Shown piece by piece: positions 1-9,093 of a DNA stretch of 20,000 nucleotides. The first letter of the stretch is position 1. Every line of letters begins with the position of its first letter. The position numbers and the translations under genes were made by a program. The notes under the pieces are model-generated. The model did no database searches, had not been told where the DNA came from, and saw nothing but the letters and a program-made list of their open reading frames with translations. This DNA is from an uncultured virus (IMG/VR IMGVR_UViG_3300032323_002498) (lineage: Duplodnaviria; Heunggongvirae; Uroviricota; Caudoviricetes): the IMG/VR virus record IMGVR_UViG_3300032323_002498, one strand, 5' to 3'.

Positions 1-333
1 GAGCGCCTGCGCCCTGTGATCGGCATCATCCCCAACGCCACTCTGGACCCCGATGCATACGGTACAAAACTCATTGCGCTGGGCGGCACTCTGCGCAGCA
101 TGATTGAAGAGTACCAAGAGCAGGGCAAGGAGACCTCAGGGCTGACTCCTGCTGCCAAGGGTTTGGCGCGGCAACGTGCCTCGGCCCTTCAGCAGCAATA
201 CAATAACTTGGGTCTTCCTCCAGTTGTGATGACTCAGGAAGAGATCAAGAACTACCCCCCTGGCACGGAAGTCCTGTGGCAGGGTACTCGGCTCTACCGA
301 GTTGCTGACAGGCCAAGAGGCGGAAACAATTAA
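1..333 (+). CDS. 3' part of a phage protein, probably virion-associated; truncated by the window start
   Basis: Frame +1 is open from base 1 (ERLRPVIGIIP...) to TAA 331-333. It lies directly upstream of the large virion-type ORF, and its stop overlaps that gene's AAGGAG RBS. Confidence 0.6.
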   Translation, partial: ERLRPVIGIIPNATLDPDAYGTKLIALGGTLRSMIEEYQEQGKETSGLTPAAKGLARQRASALQQQYNNLGLPPVVMTQEEIKNYPPGTEVLWQGTRLYRVADRPRGGNN

Positions 334-342
334 GGAGCTTGC

Positions 343-3300
343 ATGTCCAAAGAAGATTCGATCCCTGCGGGCCTGGAGGAAGTAACACGTCCTCGCGCGA
401 GGATGTTTGGGGAAACTGCAAGTGACGTGCCAGAAGGCCTTGTAGAAGCTACCCCAAGCACGATGGATCGCCTGAGCCAGTACGCTCAGGGCGCAGGGCA
501 AGGACTTCTCACGGCCACTCCGACTGTGACCGGGGCCGTGGCCGGACTGAAGCTGGGCCTTCCCCTTGGCCCAGTCGGAGCCGTTGGCGGCATGGTGGCG
601 GGCGGCGTTGGCGGCTTCTACGCTGGACAGAGCGCGGAAGAGGCCTACAAAGGGTTCTTTCCAGAGCCTGCTGACCCTACGGCAAAGGTCTATCGGGAGG
701 CAGGCAAGACATTCGGCGGCAGTCTGCCGTTCATGGCAGCCGTCCCCTATCTGCCTACGATGACCGGCAACCGCGTCAGCAGATTTGTCACAAGCATTCG
801 CGACGCAGCTGTGCGCAATCCCAAGACGTTCAAGACCAGCGAGGTCATGGGGGCTCTTGGTGCAAGTCTCGGGGCCGGAATAGCGGAGAGCGAGGACCCC
901 GGAGCACCCGGCACGCGCCTTGCCGGAGAGGTCGTTGGCGGTGTCCTGTTCCCAGGCCGCTTTTTGATCAACCAGACAGGAACCGTGATGGATGGCCTGT
1001 CGAAGATCGCGACCAACTTCAATGCAGGTTCGCGTGAAGCGCGGGCCGCGAACCGCCTGTATACGATTCTGGAAGAGTTTGGCGAGGACATCCCAACTCT
1101 GATTCGTCGCCTTGAAGCCGACATGCCGATTGACCAGCTGTCCATGCCCGGTGGAAAACGCATCACGCCCACCTCTGCACAAAAGACTGACAGCCTGGGC
1201 CTTACGGCACTGGAGTCAGCGTTGGGCCAGACCAACAAGAAGTTCCTGGGCGAAGCTCGGGAGCAAGGACGACAGGCTGCCCAGGCTTACCAACTGCTGA
1301 CAGACAGGCTCAAAAACATTGGCACTCAAGATGCCTTGTTCCTGGCCGCGCAGCTGCAGGAGGCACGCTTTACCTCCATGCTTGACGGCCGTCTGCAAGA
1401 CGCCGACAGGATCGCGGCGCTGAAGGTTTCCAAGCTCACGAAGGACACGCCTGAGGCAAGAAAGGCCATTGGAGCCACGATCAAGGAGCAGACCGAGCTC
1501 GCGCTGCGCGATGCGCGCGACTACGAGAGCAGTCTTTGGAAGGGCGCTTTGGACTCCCTGACCAAGCCTGACCTTAAGGCTTCCAGAAAGCGAACTGTAG
1601 TAGGGCAAGACCCGCAGACAGGAAAAGACATTGTTCGATATATTCCTGCCGCCCCTTCAATAGACCCTACCAACACCGCCAACAGTTTTGCCGAGCGGGC
1701 AGCCAGTGTAGGTCAGGCCTTGTATGACACTGCCATCCCGAAACCTGTTCGTGACATCATGGACGCCATGGGGGTCAACCAAGACTCTGTAAAGAAGTTT
1801 CGAGAGGGTCGACGCACAAGGCAGTACCTGGAAACAGGTCAGGTTCCTCAGAGTTTCTTGCCCAAGACAAAGCCTATAAGCATTGACGAGCTGGTGAACT
1901 ACCGTTCCACGCTGCTCAAGATGTCCCGCGAAGCCGCCGGGAAGGGCGACGTCAACAACGCAAACTTCTACGGCACGATGGCCGAGGGCATGCTGCAGGA
2001 CCTCAACTCGCTCAAGAACCCTGAGTTTGAAGAGGCGCGTCAGTTCTCCAAGTCCTTGAACGACGTCTTCACCCGCACCTTTGCCAAGACTGCCTCCGAA
2101 ACCGGGGACGTGGCAGGAAGCGGAGCAGAGCGCTTGCCAGCGGAGATTTTGGTGACGCGTGCCTTCGGCTCCAACGCCGACGTGACTGCCATGCGCATGA
2201 ACGAGATCGAGGGCGCGGTGAAGTTCATGTCCAAGCGCTACGACGACGCAGTGCGTGCCTTCGGTGCAGACAGCCCCCAGGCCATTGCGCTCAAGCCGGC
2301 CGCTGACGTCTCGCGCGCAGGAGCTGCATCGTTGGCTGATGCCCAGCAGCGCGTCCTGCGTATGGGCGCGTCGGCTGCCATCGACACTCGATTCGATCCG
2401 GCCACTGGCCGCGAGGTCACGCGCGTCAACACCAAAAAGCTGAACGACTTCGTCAAAGAAAACAAACCCATGCTGGACAAGCTGGGAATGACAGCGGACC
2501 TGACCGATGTGGTGAAAGCAGAGAACGCTTTCCGCATGGTTCAGAATGAGAACAGCGCGCTCATGAAGCGGGCCGCTGACCAGTACGCCTTTGGCAATGT
2601 CCTCAAGGCCGGCGGAGAGCGCCCCAGCACTGCGCTGGGCACTATCCTGAGCGGCAACACGCCTGTTCGCGACATGCAGAACCTGGTCAAGATGGCCACG
2701 GAAGCAGAGAACAGCACAGCCGCCGTTCGAGGCCTGAAGTCGTCGCTGTACGACTACGCATATACCAAGGCCACAAGCCCCAATGGCAGTTTCAGCCCAC
2801 AGGCTTTTGAAGACGCCTTCTTCAAGCCCCTGGGGCCAAACCTGCCATCGGTTGCCAACATCATGCGCGCCAATGGCATCATGACCTTGAGCGAGATGAA
2901 GGGCCTCAAGCGCCTGACTGATCCGATGATCCGCATTGAAAGGTCCATGGCCAGCGGCCGCACGCTCGATGAGATCGTGCCAGGCAGCGATGCGGTGGAA
3001 GAGCTGGTGCAGCGAGTCATTGGTGCACGTATCGGTACCGCAGCAGCTCCTAGCGGGCCTGGTGTACTGATTGCTGCTTCGGCAGGTTCCAAGGCTGTGC
3101 GCTCTATTTTCGACAAGATGCCTGGTCTGAACACCGTGACCCTTTTGGAAAGAGCGGCTCAAGACCCTGCCTATGCGGCGCTGCTACTTAAAAAGGGCCG
3201 AACAGAGCGGGAGAAACTCCAAATTGCACGGCAGCTGCACGGTTACATGCTGAACTCAGGACTGACCTACGCCACCCTTGATGAGCCTGAGCCCGCTGCG

Positions 3301-3591
3301 GTCAATCAATCGCCTTTCACCCCACAGGGTCGGGCAGCGCAAGAGCTGCGTCAATTTAATGAGTCGTTGCGCCAAACAGAGGAACGCCAGCGCCAGCAGC
3401 GTCAGAGTCCTCCAGCGCCCAGCACCCGTGGCGTCCCTGGACTCAACCCCACGCCAAGCGCTCCCAGCCAGCCTGGTGCATCAAACGCCCCTGCCAACTC
3501 CAGCGCTCGCTCCATGATGCAGTCGCTGTTCCCGTTTGACACCATCAGCGGGATGGCGGCGCAGCAACAGCCGCCTGCTGCGCCAAGGTAA
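343..3591 (+). CDS. Large 1082-aa protein, probable internal virion/DNA ejection protein
   Basis: Long ORF with AAGGAG RBS at 332-337. It has Gly/Ala-rich hydrophobic N-terminal segments (GPVGAVGGMVAGGVGG; GALGASLGAG), an apparently helical body and a Pro/Gln/Ser-rich tail, and no catalytic motif was recognised. Function is inferred from composition and position. Confidence 0.6.
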   Translation: MSKEDSIPAGLEEVTRPRARMFGETASDVPEGLVEATPSTMDRLSQYAQGAGQGLLTATPTVTGAVAGLKLGLPLGPVGAVGGMVAGGVGGFYAGQSAEEAYKGFFPEPADPTAKVYREAGKTFGGSLPFMAAVPYLPTMTGNRVSRFVTSIRDAAVRNPKTFKTSEVMGALGASLGAGIAESEDPGAPGTRLAGEVVGGVLFPGRFLINQTGTVMDGLSKIATNFNAGSREARAANRLYTILEEFGEDIPTLIRRLEADMPIDQLSMPGGKRITPTSAQKTDSLGLTALESALGQTNKKFLGEAREQGRQAAQAYQLLTDRLKNIGTQDALFLAAQLQEARFTSMLDGRLQDADRIAALKVSKLTKDTPEARKAIGATIKEQTELALRDARDYESSLWKGALDSLTKPDLKASRKRTVVGQDPQTGKDIVRYIPAAPSIDPTNTANSFAERAASVGQALYDTAIPKPVRDIMDAMGVNQDSVKKFREGRRTRQYLETGQVPQSFLPKTKPISIDELVNYRSTLLKMSREAAGKGDVNNANFYGTMAEGMLQDLNSLKNPEFEEARQFSKSLNDVFTRTFAKTASETGDVAGSGAERLPAEILVTRAFGSNADVTAMRMNEIEGAVKFMSKRYDDAVRAFGADSPQAIALKPAADVSRAGAASLADAQQRVLRMGASAAIDTRFDPATGREVTRVNTKKLNDFVKENKPMLDKLGMTADLTDVVKAENAFRMVQNENSALMKRAADQYAFGNVLKAGGERPSTALGTILSGNTPVRDMQNLVKMATEAENSTAAVRGLKSSLYDYAYTKATSPNGSFSPQAFEDAFFKPLGPNLPSVANIMRANGIMTLSEMKGLKRLTDPMIRIERSMASGRTLDEIVPGSDAVEELVQRVIGARIGTAAAPSGPGVLIAASAGSKAVRSIFDKMPGLNTVTLLERAAQDPAYAALLLKKGRTEREKLQIARQLHGYMLNSGLTYATLDEPEPAAVNQSPFTPQGRAAQELRQFNESLRQTEERQRQQRQSPPAPSTRGVPGLNPTPSAPSQPGASNAPANSSARSMMQSLFPFDTISGMAAQQQPPAAPR

Positions 3592-4249
3592 GTCTCGCCA
3601 TCCACTGGGTCTTGAAGTTTCGCCACTCTCGACCCGTGGTGGTGAACTCCTGCGTTGTGCCGTCCTGCACTGCAATCAGCACCGCACCGAAGTCAATGTT
3701 GGTGCCGTACATCCAGTCGTGCGCCGTGGCATACGCTGCGAGCTGATGAAAGTAGTCGGTGATGTACTCGTGGCGCTTGGGCTTGACCGACTGTTTGAAG
3801 TCCACAATGGCCAGCTTGCCACGGTACGTGGCCACCAGGTCGGTGGAACCGGCGTACTGGTAGCCGTAGTGCAGTGACACTTCCGAGCCGTGAATCTCGG
3901 AGATCGCGCCAAAGTACTTGTTGGCCAGGCGAAAGGCCATCTCGTAGCCTCTCATGGCCAGCCAGTCAGGGCTCACGGCCCACGGCTCACCGCTCAGGAT
4001 GTGCTCAAGTGCCAGATGCATGTGCGTGCCCACCCATGAGGCCTCCGCTTTCTGGCGATCGGCATCGGCTTGGCCAACCCGATCGGCCCACTCCTTGAGC
4101 GCAGCCTTGTCCTTGGTGCGGTCCAGGATGGTTGTCACCGACGGGACATGTTCGTTATTTGGCAAAACGTAAACACGTCCGGCCGACGTGTCAATTCTTT
4201 CGAGTTTTTTGTACACGAAGCGGGTGGACCAGGGGATCAGATGAGCCAT
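3545..4249 (-). CDS. PD-(D/E)XK family exonuclease (phage exonuclease, MGME1/RecB-like fold)
   Basis: Motifs PSVTTIL, GTHMHLALE, E-x(n)-AGSTD-x(n)-IVDFKQS and QLAAYA. A GAGG RBS lies inside the 3' end of the upstream helicase gene. Confidence 0.9.
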   Translation of the reverse strand: MAHLIPWSTRFVYKKLERIDTSAGRVYVLPNNEHVPSVTTILDRTKDKAALKEWADRVGQADADRQKAEASWVGTHMHLALEHILSGEPWAVSPDWLAMRGYEMAFRLANKYFGAISEIHGSEVSLHYGYQYAGSTDLVATYRGKLAIVDFKQSVKPKRHEYITDYFHQLAAYATAHDWMYGTNIDFGAVLIAVQDGTTQEFTTTGREWRNFKTQWMARLTLAQQAAVAAPPSR

Positions 4250-5691
4250 GCTTTGATTTCCTCTCCCAGTACTTGGGTTGCGATGTCGATCTTTGAGCGC
4301 AGCGCCTTGACGATCTTCTCGTCCACGGTGCCCACGGCCATCAAGTCAATGTAGGTGACGTTCTTGGTTTGGCCAATGCGGTGTGCCCGATCCTCGGACT
4401 GCAGGCGTTTTTCCAGGTCAAAGCTGTTGCTGTAGTAGACCGTGGTGTGGGCCGCTGTCAGGGTCAGGCCGTAGCCGCCGGTGCTGGGGTTGGCGACGAA
4501 AAAGCGCAGCTCGCTGTCAGGGTCCTGAAAGTCGTTGACGATGCGCTGGCGCTCCTCCGATTCGGTGTCGCCGTAGTAGGTGGCCACGCTGTTCATGCCG
4601 TACTCTTTGGCCAGAGCGATCTTGATGGCCTCGATGTCGTGGCGATAGTTGGCCCAGATGATGATCTTGCCGTCCGTCTCCTCGACAATGGCCAAGAGCT
4701 CGTCCAGGCGCTTGTTGGGCAGCTCCACCACCGTGCCGTCATCCAATTTCACGTGGCCGCAGACGATCTGGTGCAGGCGCATGATCTGCGTGAGGGCGTT
4801 TACGGTGCTCACAATGCCGCCGTCAATCTGCGCCAGAGCCAGCGCCTTCATCTCGTTGTACGCCTTGATCTGCTCGGGCGTCAGGTCCACCTCTCGCTTG
4901 ATGTAGAGCTTGTCTGGCAAGTCCAGGCACTCTTCCTTTTTCACGCGGAAGGCAAAGCGGTCGAGCTTTTCTTTGAGCTCGTCCAGACGCCTGTAGCCCA
5001 CCACCTGCTTGAAGCTGTGGGTGTTGAGCTGGCGCTCGACGGTGACGCAGTAGCGGGCCTGGAAGACGTAGAAGCTGCTGACGTTCAGGCAGCCGTCGGA
5101 CAAGAAAGCACACTGCTGGTACAGGTCCATCGGGCTCTTGGTGACCGGGGAGCCCGTGAGGATGCGCCTGTACCGCGCGCCACGGCCCACCTTCTCAGTG
5201 TTCTTGCTGCGCGCAGAGGTGTGGGTCTTGATGGTGGTGCTCTCGTCGATCGCCATCATGGCGTTGTGCACCAGCAAAAAGCGCTTGGCGTAGGCCGTGC
5301 CCTTGGCCGTGCTGAAGGCCTCGACGTTCATGACCAGGATTTTGAGGTCTTCTGTGACGGTGAACAGGTCGTCCATCGCCTTTTGCTCGGCCTTGCGCGG
5401 GTTGGGTGACCAGATGGCCATGCGGTAGACGATGTGATCGGGTAAGTGCTTAGGGATTTCAGTGTCGTACCAGTTGCGGTAGACGCCTTTTGGCGCTACG
5501 ATCAAAAACCCGTTGATCTTGCCCCTGTCGTAGAGTATGGCCACGTTGTTGATCAGCATGAAGCTCTTGCCTGTGCCCATGTCGGCAAAAAGAGCTGCTA
5601 CCTGGAAGTCCCAGAAGCGCTGAAGGTAAGCCTGTTGATGGACAAACGGCTTATTCTTGAAGGGGTAGGTCGATAAAAATTGATCAGTCAT
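4237..5691 (-). CDS. SNF2-family (SF2) DNA helicase/translocase
   Basis: Motifs ADMGTGKS (I), IVAPK (Ia), IDESTTIK (II), LTGSP (III), GGYGLTLTAA (V) and QSEDRAHRIGQ (VI). Start placed at ATG 5691 (MTDQFL...), which follows AGAAAG, rather than at the ORF-track TTG 5718. Confidence 0.93.
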   Translation of the reverse strand: MTDQFLSTYPFKNKPFVHQQAYLQRFWDFQVAALFADMGTGKSFMLINNVAILYDRGKINGFLIVAPKGVYRNWYDTEIPKHLPDHIVYRMAIWSPNPRKAEQKAMDDLFTVTEDLKILVMNVEAFSTAKGTAYAKRFLLVHNAMMAIDESTTIKTHTSARSKNTEKVGRGARYRRILTGSPVTKSPMDLYQQCAFLSDGCLNVSSFYVFQARYCVTVERQLNTHSFKQVVGYRRLDELKEKLDRFAFRVKKEECLDLPDKLYIKREVDLTPEQIKAYNEMKALALAQIDGGIVSTVNALTQIMRLHQIVCGHVKLDDGTVVELPNKRLDELLAIVEETDGKIIIWANYRHDIEAIKIALAKEYGMNSVATYYGDTESEERQRIVNDFQDPDSELRFFVANPSTGGYGLTLTAAHTTVYYSNSFDLEKRLQSEDRAHRIGQTKNVTYIDLMAVGTVDEKIVKALRSKIDIATQVLGEEIKAWLI

Positions 5692-5712
5692 GTATATCTT
5701 TCTGGCAGGGGG

Positions 5713-5742
5713 TTGCAATGCCCTGAAAAGATAGTGTACACT
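5713..5742 (+). promoter_or_regulatory. sigma70-like promoter for the replication operon, in the divergent control region
   Basis: TTGCAA (5713-5718), 18-nt spacer, TACACT (5737-5742). The -10 lies in the palindrome AGTGTACACT (5733-5742), so TACACT is present on both strands. Confidence 0.6.
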
Positions 5743-5773
5743 GCCTGTTCGAATTCAGAAAGGAGAAATTCAC

Positions 5774-6118
5774 GTGCCCAAGGTTTACGTCGTCTCAGAG
5801 ACTACGCAACACAACATCGCAAGCGCTCTGGACTATGGCCAGATCGAAACTATTTTGCCGCCCAACGCGCAGATAGCATTCTCTGTTGTACCGACAGTCC
5901 GCCGCATTCAGCGCAAGCTGGAGAAATTTACTGACGAGGACTTCCTGCTCCTCATCGGTGACCCGTCTGCCATAGGTATCACCTGTGCAGTAGCGGCCGC
6001 AAAAAACAGCGGTCGTTTTAAGTGCCTCAAGTGGGACAAGCGCGAGCGCCGCTACATTCCGCTGGAGGTTGATTTGTTCAAGAAAGGAGAAAGTGATGAG
6101 TCTTACGAATTTATTTGA
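5774..6118 (+). CDS. Conserved phage hypothetical protein (114 aa, alpha/beta)
   Basis: GTG start after AGAAAGGAG. Motifs VYVV, FLLLIGDP and LKWDKR. First gene of the replication operon. Confidence 0.8.
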   Translation: MPKVYVVSETTQHNIASALDYGQIETILPPNAQIAFSVVPTVRRIQRKLEKFTDEDFLLLIGDPSAIGITCAVAAAKNSGRFKCLKWDKRERRYIPLEVDLFKKGESDESYEFI

Positions 6119-6650
6119 AGATGACGCCGGTGCGTTGAAGGTATCTGACGAGCAGGTAACTGGCATCGCTGGCCTGGCCAAGCGTGCCAAGATGCTCGAA
6201 AAAGAGATTGCAGAGATGGAGGAGACTCTGTCTGAGCGCAATGAGCAGTACCGCAAGCTCACCGAGCAGACTATCCCAGAGGCCATGGCCGAAACTGGGA
6301 TGAAGAAATTCGTCATGGAAGATGGCAGCAGTATCGACATCAAGCCGTTCTACGGAGCGAGCATTCCAAAGGCGCGCCAGTCCGAAGCCTACCAGTGGCT
6401 GCGCGACCACGGTTTTGACGACATCATTAAAAACACCATCAGCGTTCGCTTTGGACGCGGTGAAGACGAGCTCTCTGTTCGTCTACTGAATCTCCTGGGC
6501 GAGCAAGGCTACCCTGCCGAGCAAGCACAGAAGATAGAGCCCCAGACCCTCAAGGCCTGGGTCAAGGAACGTGTTGAGAAGGGCGAGCCCGTCGACACTG
6601 AGCTTTTTGGCGTATTCATTGGCCAAAAAGCTGTCATCAAATCAACTTGA
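6096..6650 (+). CDS. Conserved phage replication-module protein (184 aa, N-terminal coiled coil)
   Basis: ATG 6096 after AGAAAGGAG (6081-6089). Heptad-like N-terminus, then IPEAM, WLRDHGFDDIIKN and PQTLKAWVKE motifs of a type seen upstream of phage ssb genes. Confidence 0.75.
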   Translation: MSLTNLFEDDAGALKVSDEQVTGIAGLAKRAKMLEKEIAEMEETLSERNEQYRKLTEQTIPEAMAETGMKKFVMEDGSSIDIKPFYGASIPKARQSEAYQWLRDHGFDDIIKNTISVRFGRGEDELSVRLLNLLGEQGYPAEQAQKIEPQTLKAWVKERVEKGEPVDTELFGVFIGQKAVIKST

Positions 6651-6667
6651 AACAAGGAACACGAATC

Positions 6668-7441
6668 ATGGCTAAGAACGAAATCGCGGAAAAGACTGCC
6701 AGCACCGCACTGGCGATCATGAGCGACCTGGAACAGGACGCTGGAGCCGGCTTTGACGGCATGACGCAGGAAGACTATGCATTGCCTTTCCTGCGCCTGC
6801 TCACCAGCACCAGCCCTGAAGTTGGCGAAGTTGACGGTGCTCTTCCGGGCATGGTCCTTAACTCCGTCACGGGTGAGCTGTTTGACGGCAAGAAAGGTAT
6901 CACCGTTGTGCCGTGCGCCTATGTGCGCCAGTACATCGAGTGGGCCCCACGCGGTCAAGGCAGCGGTGCACCTGTGCATATCTATCCTGCAACCAGCGAC
7001 ATCCTGTCGCAGACTCACAAAGAGCCTGGCGACAACAAGGACTACCTGGACAATGGCAACTACATCGAGAACACGGCCAACTACTACGTGATGTTGGTCA
7101 GCCAGGACGGCGTGCCTGAGCCTGCTTTGATCACCATGAAGTCCACGCAGCTCAAGAAGAGCCGCAAGTGGAACTCCATGATGCAGTCAGTCAAGCTGCA
7201 GGGCAAGAACGGCCTGTTCACCCCTCCGATGTACAGCCAGCTTTACCAGCTCACCACCGTTGGCGAGTCCAACGACAAGGGCAAGTGGTTTGGCTGGGAG
7301 ATCGAGCGCCTCGGCCCTGTCGAGAGCAGCGACATTTACAATGCAGCCAAAGCATTCGCACAATCGGTCAGTGCGGGTGACGTGAAAGTGAAACACGAAA
7401 GCGAGTCTGGAGCATCCGGCAACGGTCCAGCACCATTCTGA
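6668..7441 (+). CDS. Putative single-stranded DNA-binding protein (257 aa)
   Basis: ATG 6668 after AAGGA. Beta-rich core (YIEWAPR, ALITMKSTQLKKSRKWNS, GKWFGWEI) with a flexible tail ending in PF. Located just before the primase. Confidence 0.6.
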   Translation: MAKNEIAEKTASTALAIMSDLEQDAGAGFDGMTQEDYALPFLRLLTSTSPEVGEVDGALPGMVLNSVTGELFDGKKGITVVPCAYVRQYIEWAPRGQGSGAPVHIYPATSDILSQTHKEPGDNKDYLDNGNYIENTANYYVMLVSQDGVPEPALITMKSTQLKKSRKWNSMMQSVKLQGKNGLFTPPMYSQLYQLTTVGESNDKGKWFGWEIERLGPVESSDIYNAAKAFAQSVSAGDVKVKHESESGASGNGPAPF

Positions 7442-7446
7442 TTTTC

Positions 7447-7541
7447 GGGGCCGAAAATGTTCGGGAGACTGATAGTTGTTGCACGCCAGGTAGCTCCTGG
7501 CTGGCAATCTTCGGGTACCCCTTCCGGCTTGAGTAGGCCCC
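7447..7541 (+). ncRNA. Candidate structured RNA / long imperfect hairpin in the ssb-primase intergenic region
   Basis: GGGGCC 7447-7452 pairs with GGCCCC 7536-7541. The adjacent GAA 7453-7455 and AGTA 7532-7535 form a loop-E signature. Inner stems are TTGC 7479-7482/GCAA 7504-7507 and GCCAGG 7485-7490/CCTGGC 7496-7501. Confidence 0.55.
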
Positions 7542-7560
7542 ACCTCACTAGAAAGAAGAA

Positions 7561-9093
7561 ATGACCGACATCACCAGGTTCAAAGCGATTTTTTCCGGCC
7601 TGGACATCGCCTATGGAACATACAAAATTGAATCCTCCCGAGGAGACGGGAAACAGGCAGGCAAGGCCGTCGTGGTGCGCAAGCCACCGACTGACGACTT
7701 GTGGACCAAACACCTTGAGGGCGTTGAGCCGAGTCTGGGAATTATCCCGATCCGGGCGGATAACTCCTGTATCTGGGGCTGTATTGACATTGACCAGTAT
7801 CCACTGGACCACGTTGGCCTCATCAAAAAGGTAAGGAGCCTCGAGCTCCCAGTGGTGGTGTGCCGCAGCAAGTCAGGTGGCGCGCATGTCTTCCTGTTCA
7901 CCCGAGAACCCATACCCGCTGCTGAGATGCAGCGGTTTCTCAAGGCTTGCGCTGCCCTGTTGGGCGAAGCAGGCCGCGAGATATTCCCCAAGCAAGCTGA
8001 AATCCTGGTTGACCGTGGCGACACGGGCAACTTCCTGAACCTGCCGTACTTCGGCGGGGACATGACCATGCGCTACGCCATCAAAGATGATGGCTCGGCT
8101 GCGACGCTCGAAGAGTTCTACGAGCTGTACGAGCAATGGGTCCAGGGCCCTGACCTCAAGTATCCAGAGGAGCCGAAGGAGCCTGATCACCCGATCAAGG
8201 ACGGCCCTCCCTGCCTGCAGGCGCTGTGCGCCCAAGGCGTACCCGAAGGCACGCGCAACAACGCCCTCTTCAACATCGGCATCTACCTCAAGAAAGTCAT
8301 CCCCATACACTGGGACGACGCCCTGGTAGAGCACAACCTCAAGTATGTCTCGCCGCCGCTGCCCAACAACGAAGTCCAGATTCTGGTCAAGCAGCTGCAC
8401 AAGAAAGACTATCGCTACAAGTGCAAGGACGCACCGCTCAACAGCTTTTGCAACAGCGGCCTTTGCAGGACACGCAAACACGGGATCGGGGCCCACGGGC
8501 CAGACTCCCCGCAGATGTCCTCGCTGTCCAAGTACAACTCCGAGCCGCCGCTGTGGTTCCTCGACATCAACGGCAAGCGCATCGAGCTCGACACCGAGAG
8601 CCTGTTTGCACAGGCCGCATTCCAGAAAGCCTGCGTCGAGAAGCTCAACCTCCTGCCGCCCACACTGCGTAAGCAAGACTGGGAGCAACTGCTCAATGCG
8701 CTGCTCAAAGAGATGGTGGAGACCGAGCAGATCACCGAGGCCAGCGAGGACACCAGTATCACCGGCCGCTTCAACGATCTGCTCGAAGAGTTCTGCACAC
8801 ACCTGCAGCAGGCAATGGACCGCGACGAAATACTCATGGGCCGTCCATGGACGGACGACGAAGAGGCCAAGACCTACTTCCGCATGAAGGACCTGGAGGC
8901 GCACCTGGTGCGCAACAACTTCAAGGGCATGACGCATCCAAAGATGGCCCAGCGCATTCGCGATCTGGGTGGCGAGCCCATCAGCCTCTTCCTCAAGAAC
9001 CGCGCAGCACGGTGCTGGCGCATCCCACGCTTCAGCCGCCAGGACGCGCCATTTGAGACACCAGAGCAGCGCACACAAAGGAGTCCCTTCTGA
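7561..9093 (+). CDS. DNA primase, archaeo-eukaryotic primase (AEP/prim-pol) type with PriCT-1-like domain
   Basis: Motifs WGCIDID (DxD), SKSGGAHVFLF (SxH) and GNFLNLPYF; PriCT-like GTRNNALFNIG...PPLPNNEV; Cys cluster PPCL...CK...C...C. No P-loop helicase domain was seen. Confidence 0.85.
   Translation: MTDITRFKAIFSGLDIAYGTYKIESSRGDGKQAGKAVVVRKPPTDDLWTKHLEGVEPSLGIIPIRADNSCIWGCIDIDQYPLDHVGLIKKVRSLELPVVVCRSKSGGAHVFLFTREPIPAAEMQRFLKACAALLGEAGREIFPKQAEILVDRGDTGNFLNLPYFGGDMTMRYAIKDDGSAATLEEFYELYEQWVQGPDLKYPEEPKEPDHPIKDGPPCLQALCAQGVPEGTRNNALFNIGIYLKKVIPIHWDDALVEHNLKYVSPPLPNNEVQILVKQLHKKDYRYKCKDAPLNSFCNSGLCRTRKHGIGAHGPDSPQMSSLSKYNSEPPLWFLDINGKRIELDTESLFAQAAFQKACVEKLNLLPPTLRKQDWEQLLNALLKEMVETEQITEASEDTSITGRFNDLLEEFCTHLQQAMDRDEILMGRPWTDDEEAKTYFRMKDLEAHLVRNNFKGMTHPKMAQRIRDLGGEPISLFLKNRAARCWRIPRFSRQDAPFETPEQRTQRSPF

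Noticed and set aside
7447..7541. Hammerhead ribozyme or tRNA reading of the intergenic structure (GAAA and CTGATAG present)
   Set aside because: The core would need CUGANGA correctly placed between stems, and CTGATAG does not fit. No cloverleaf or T-loop is present.
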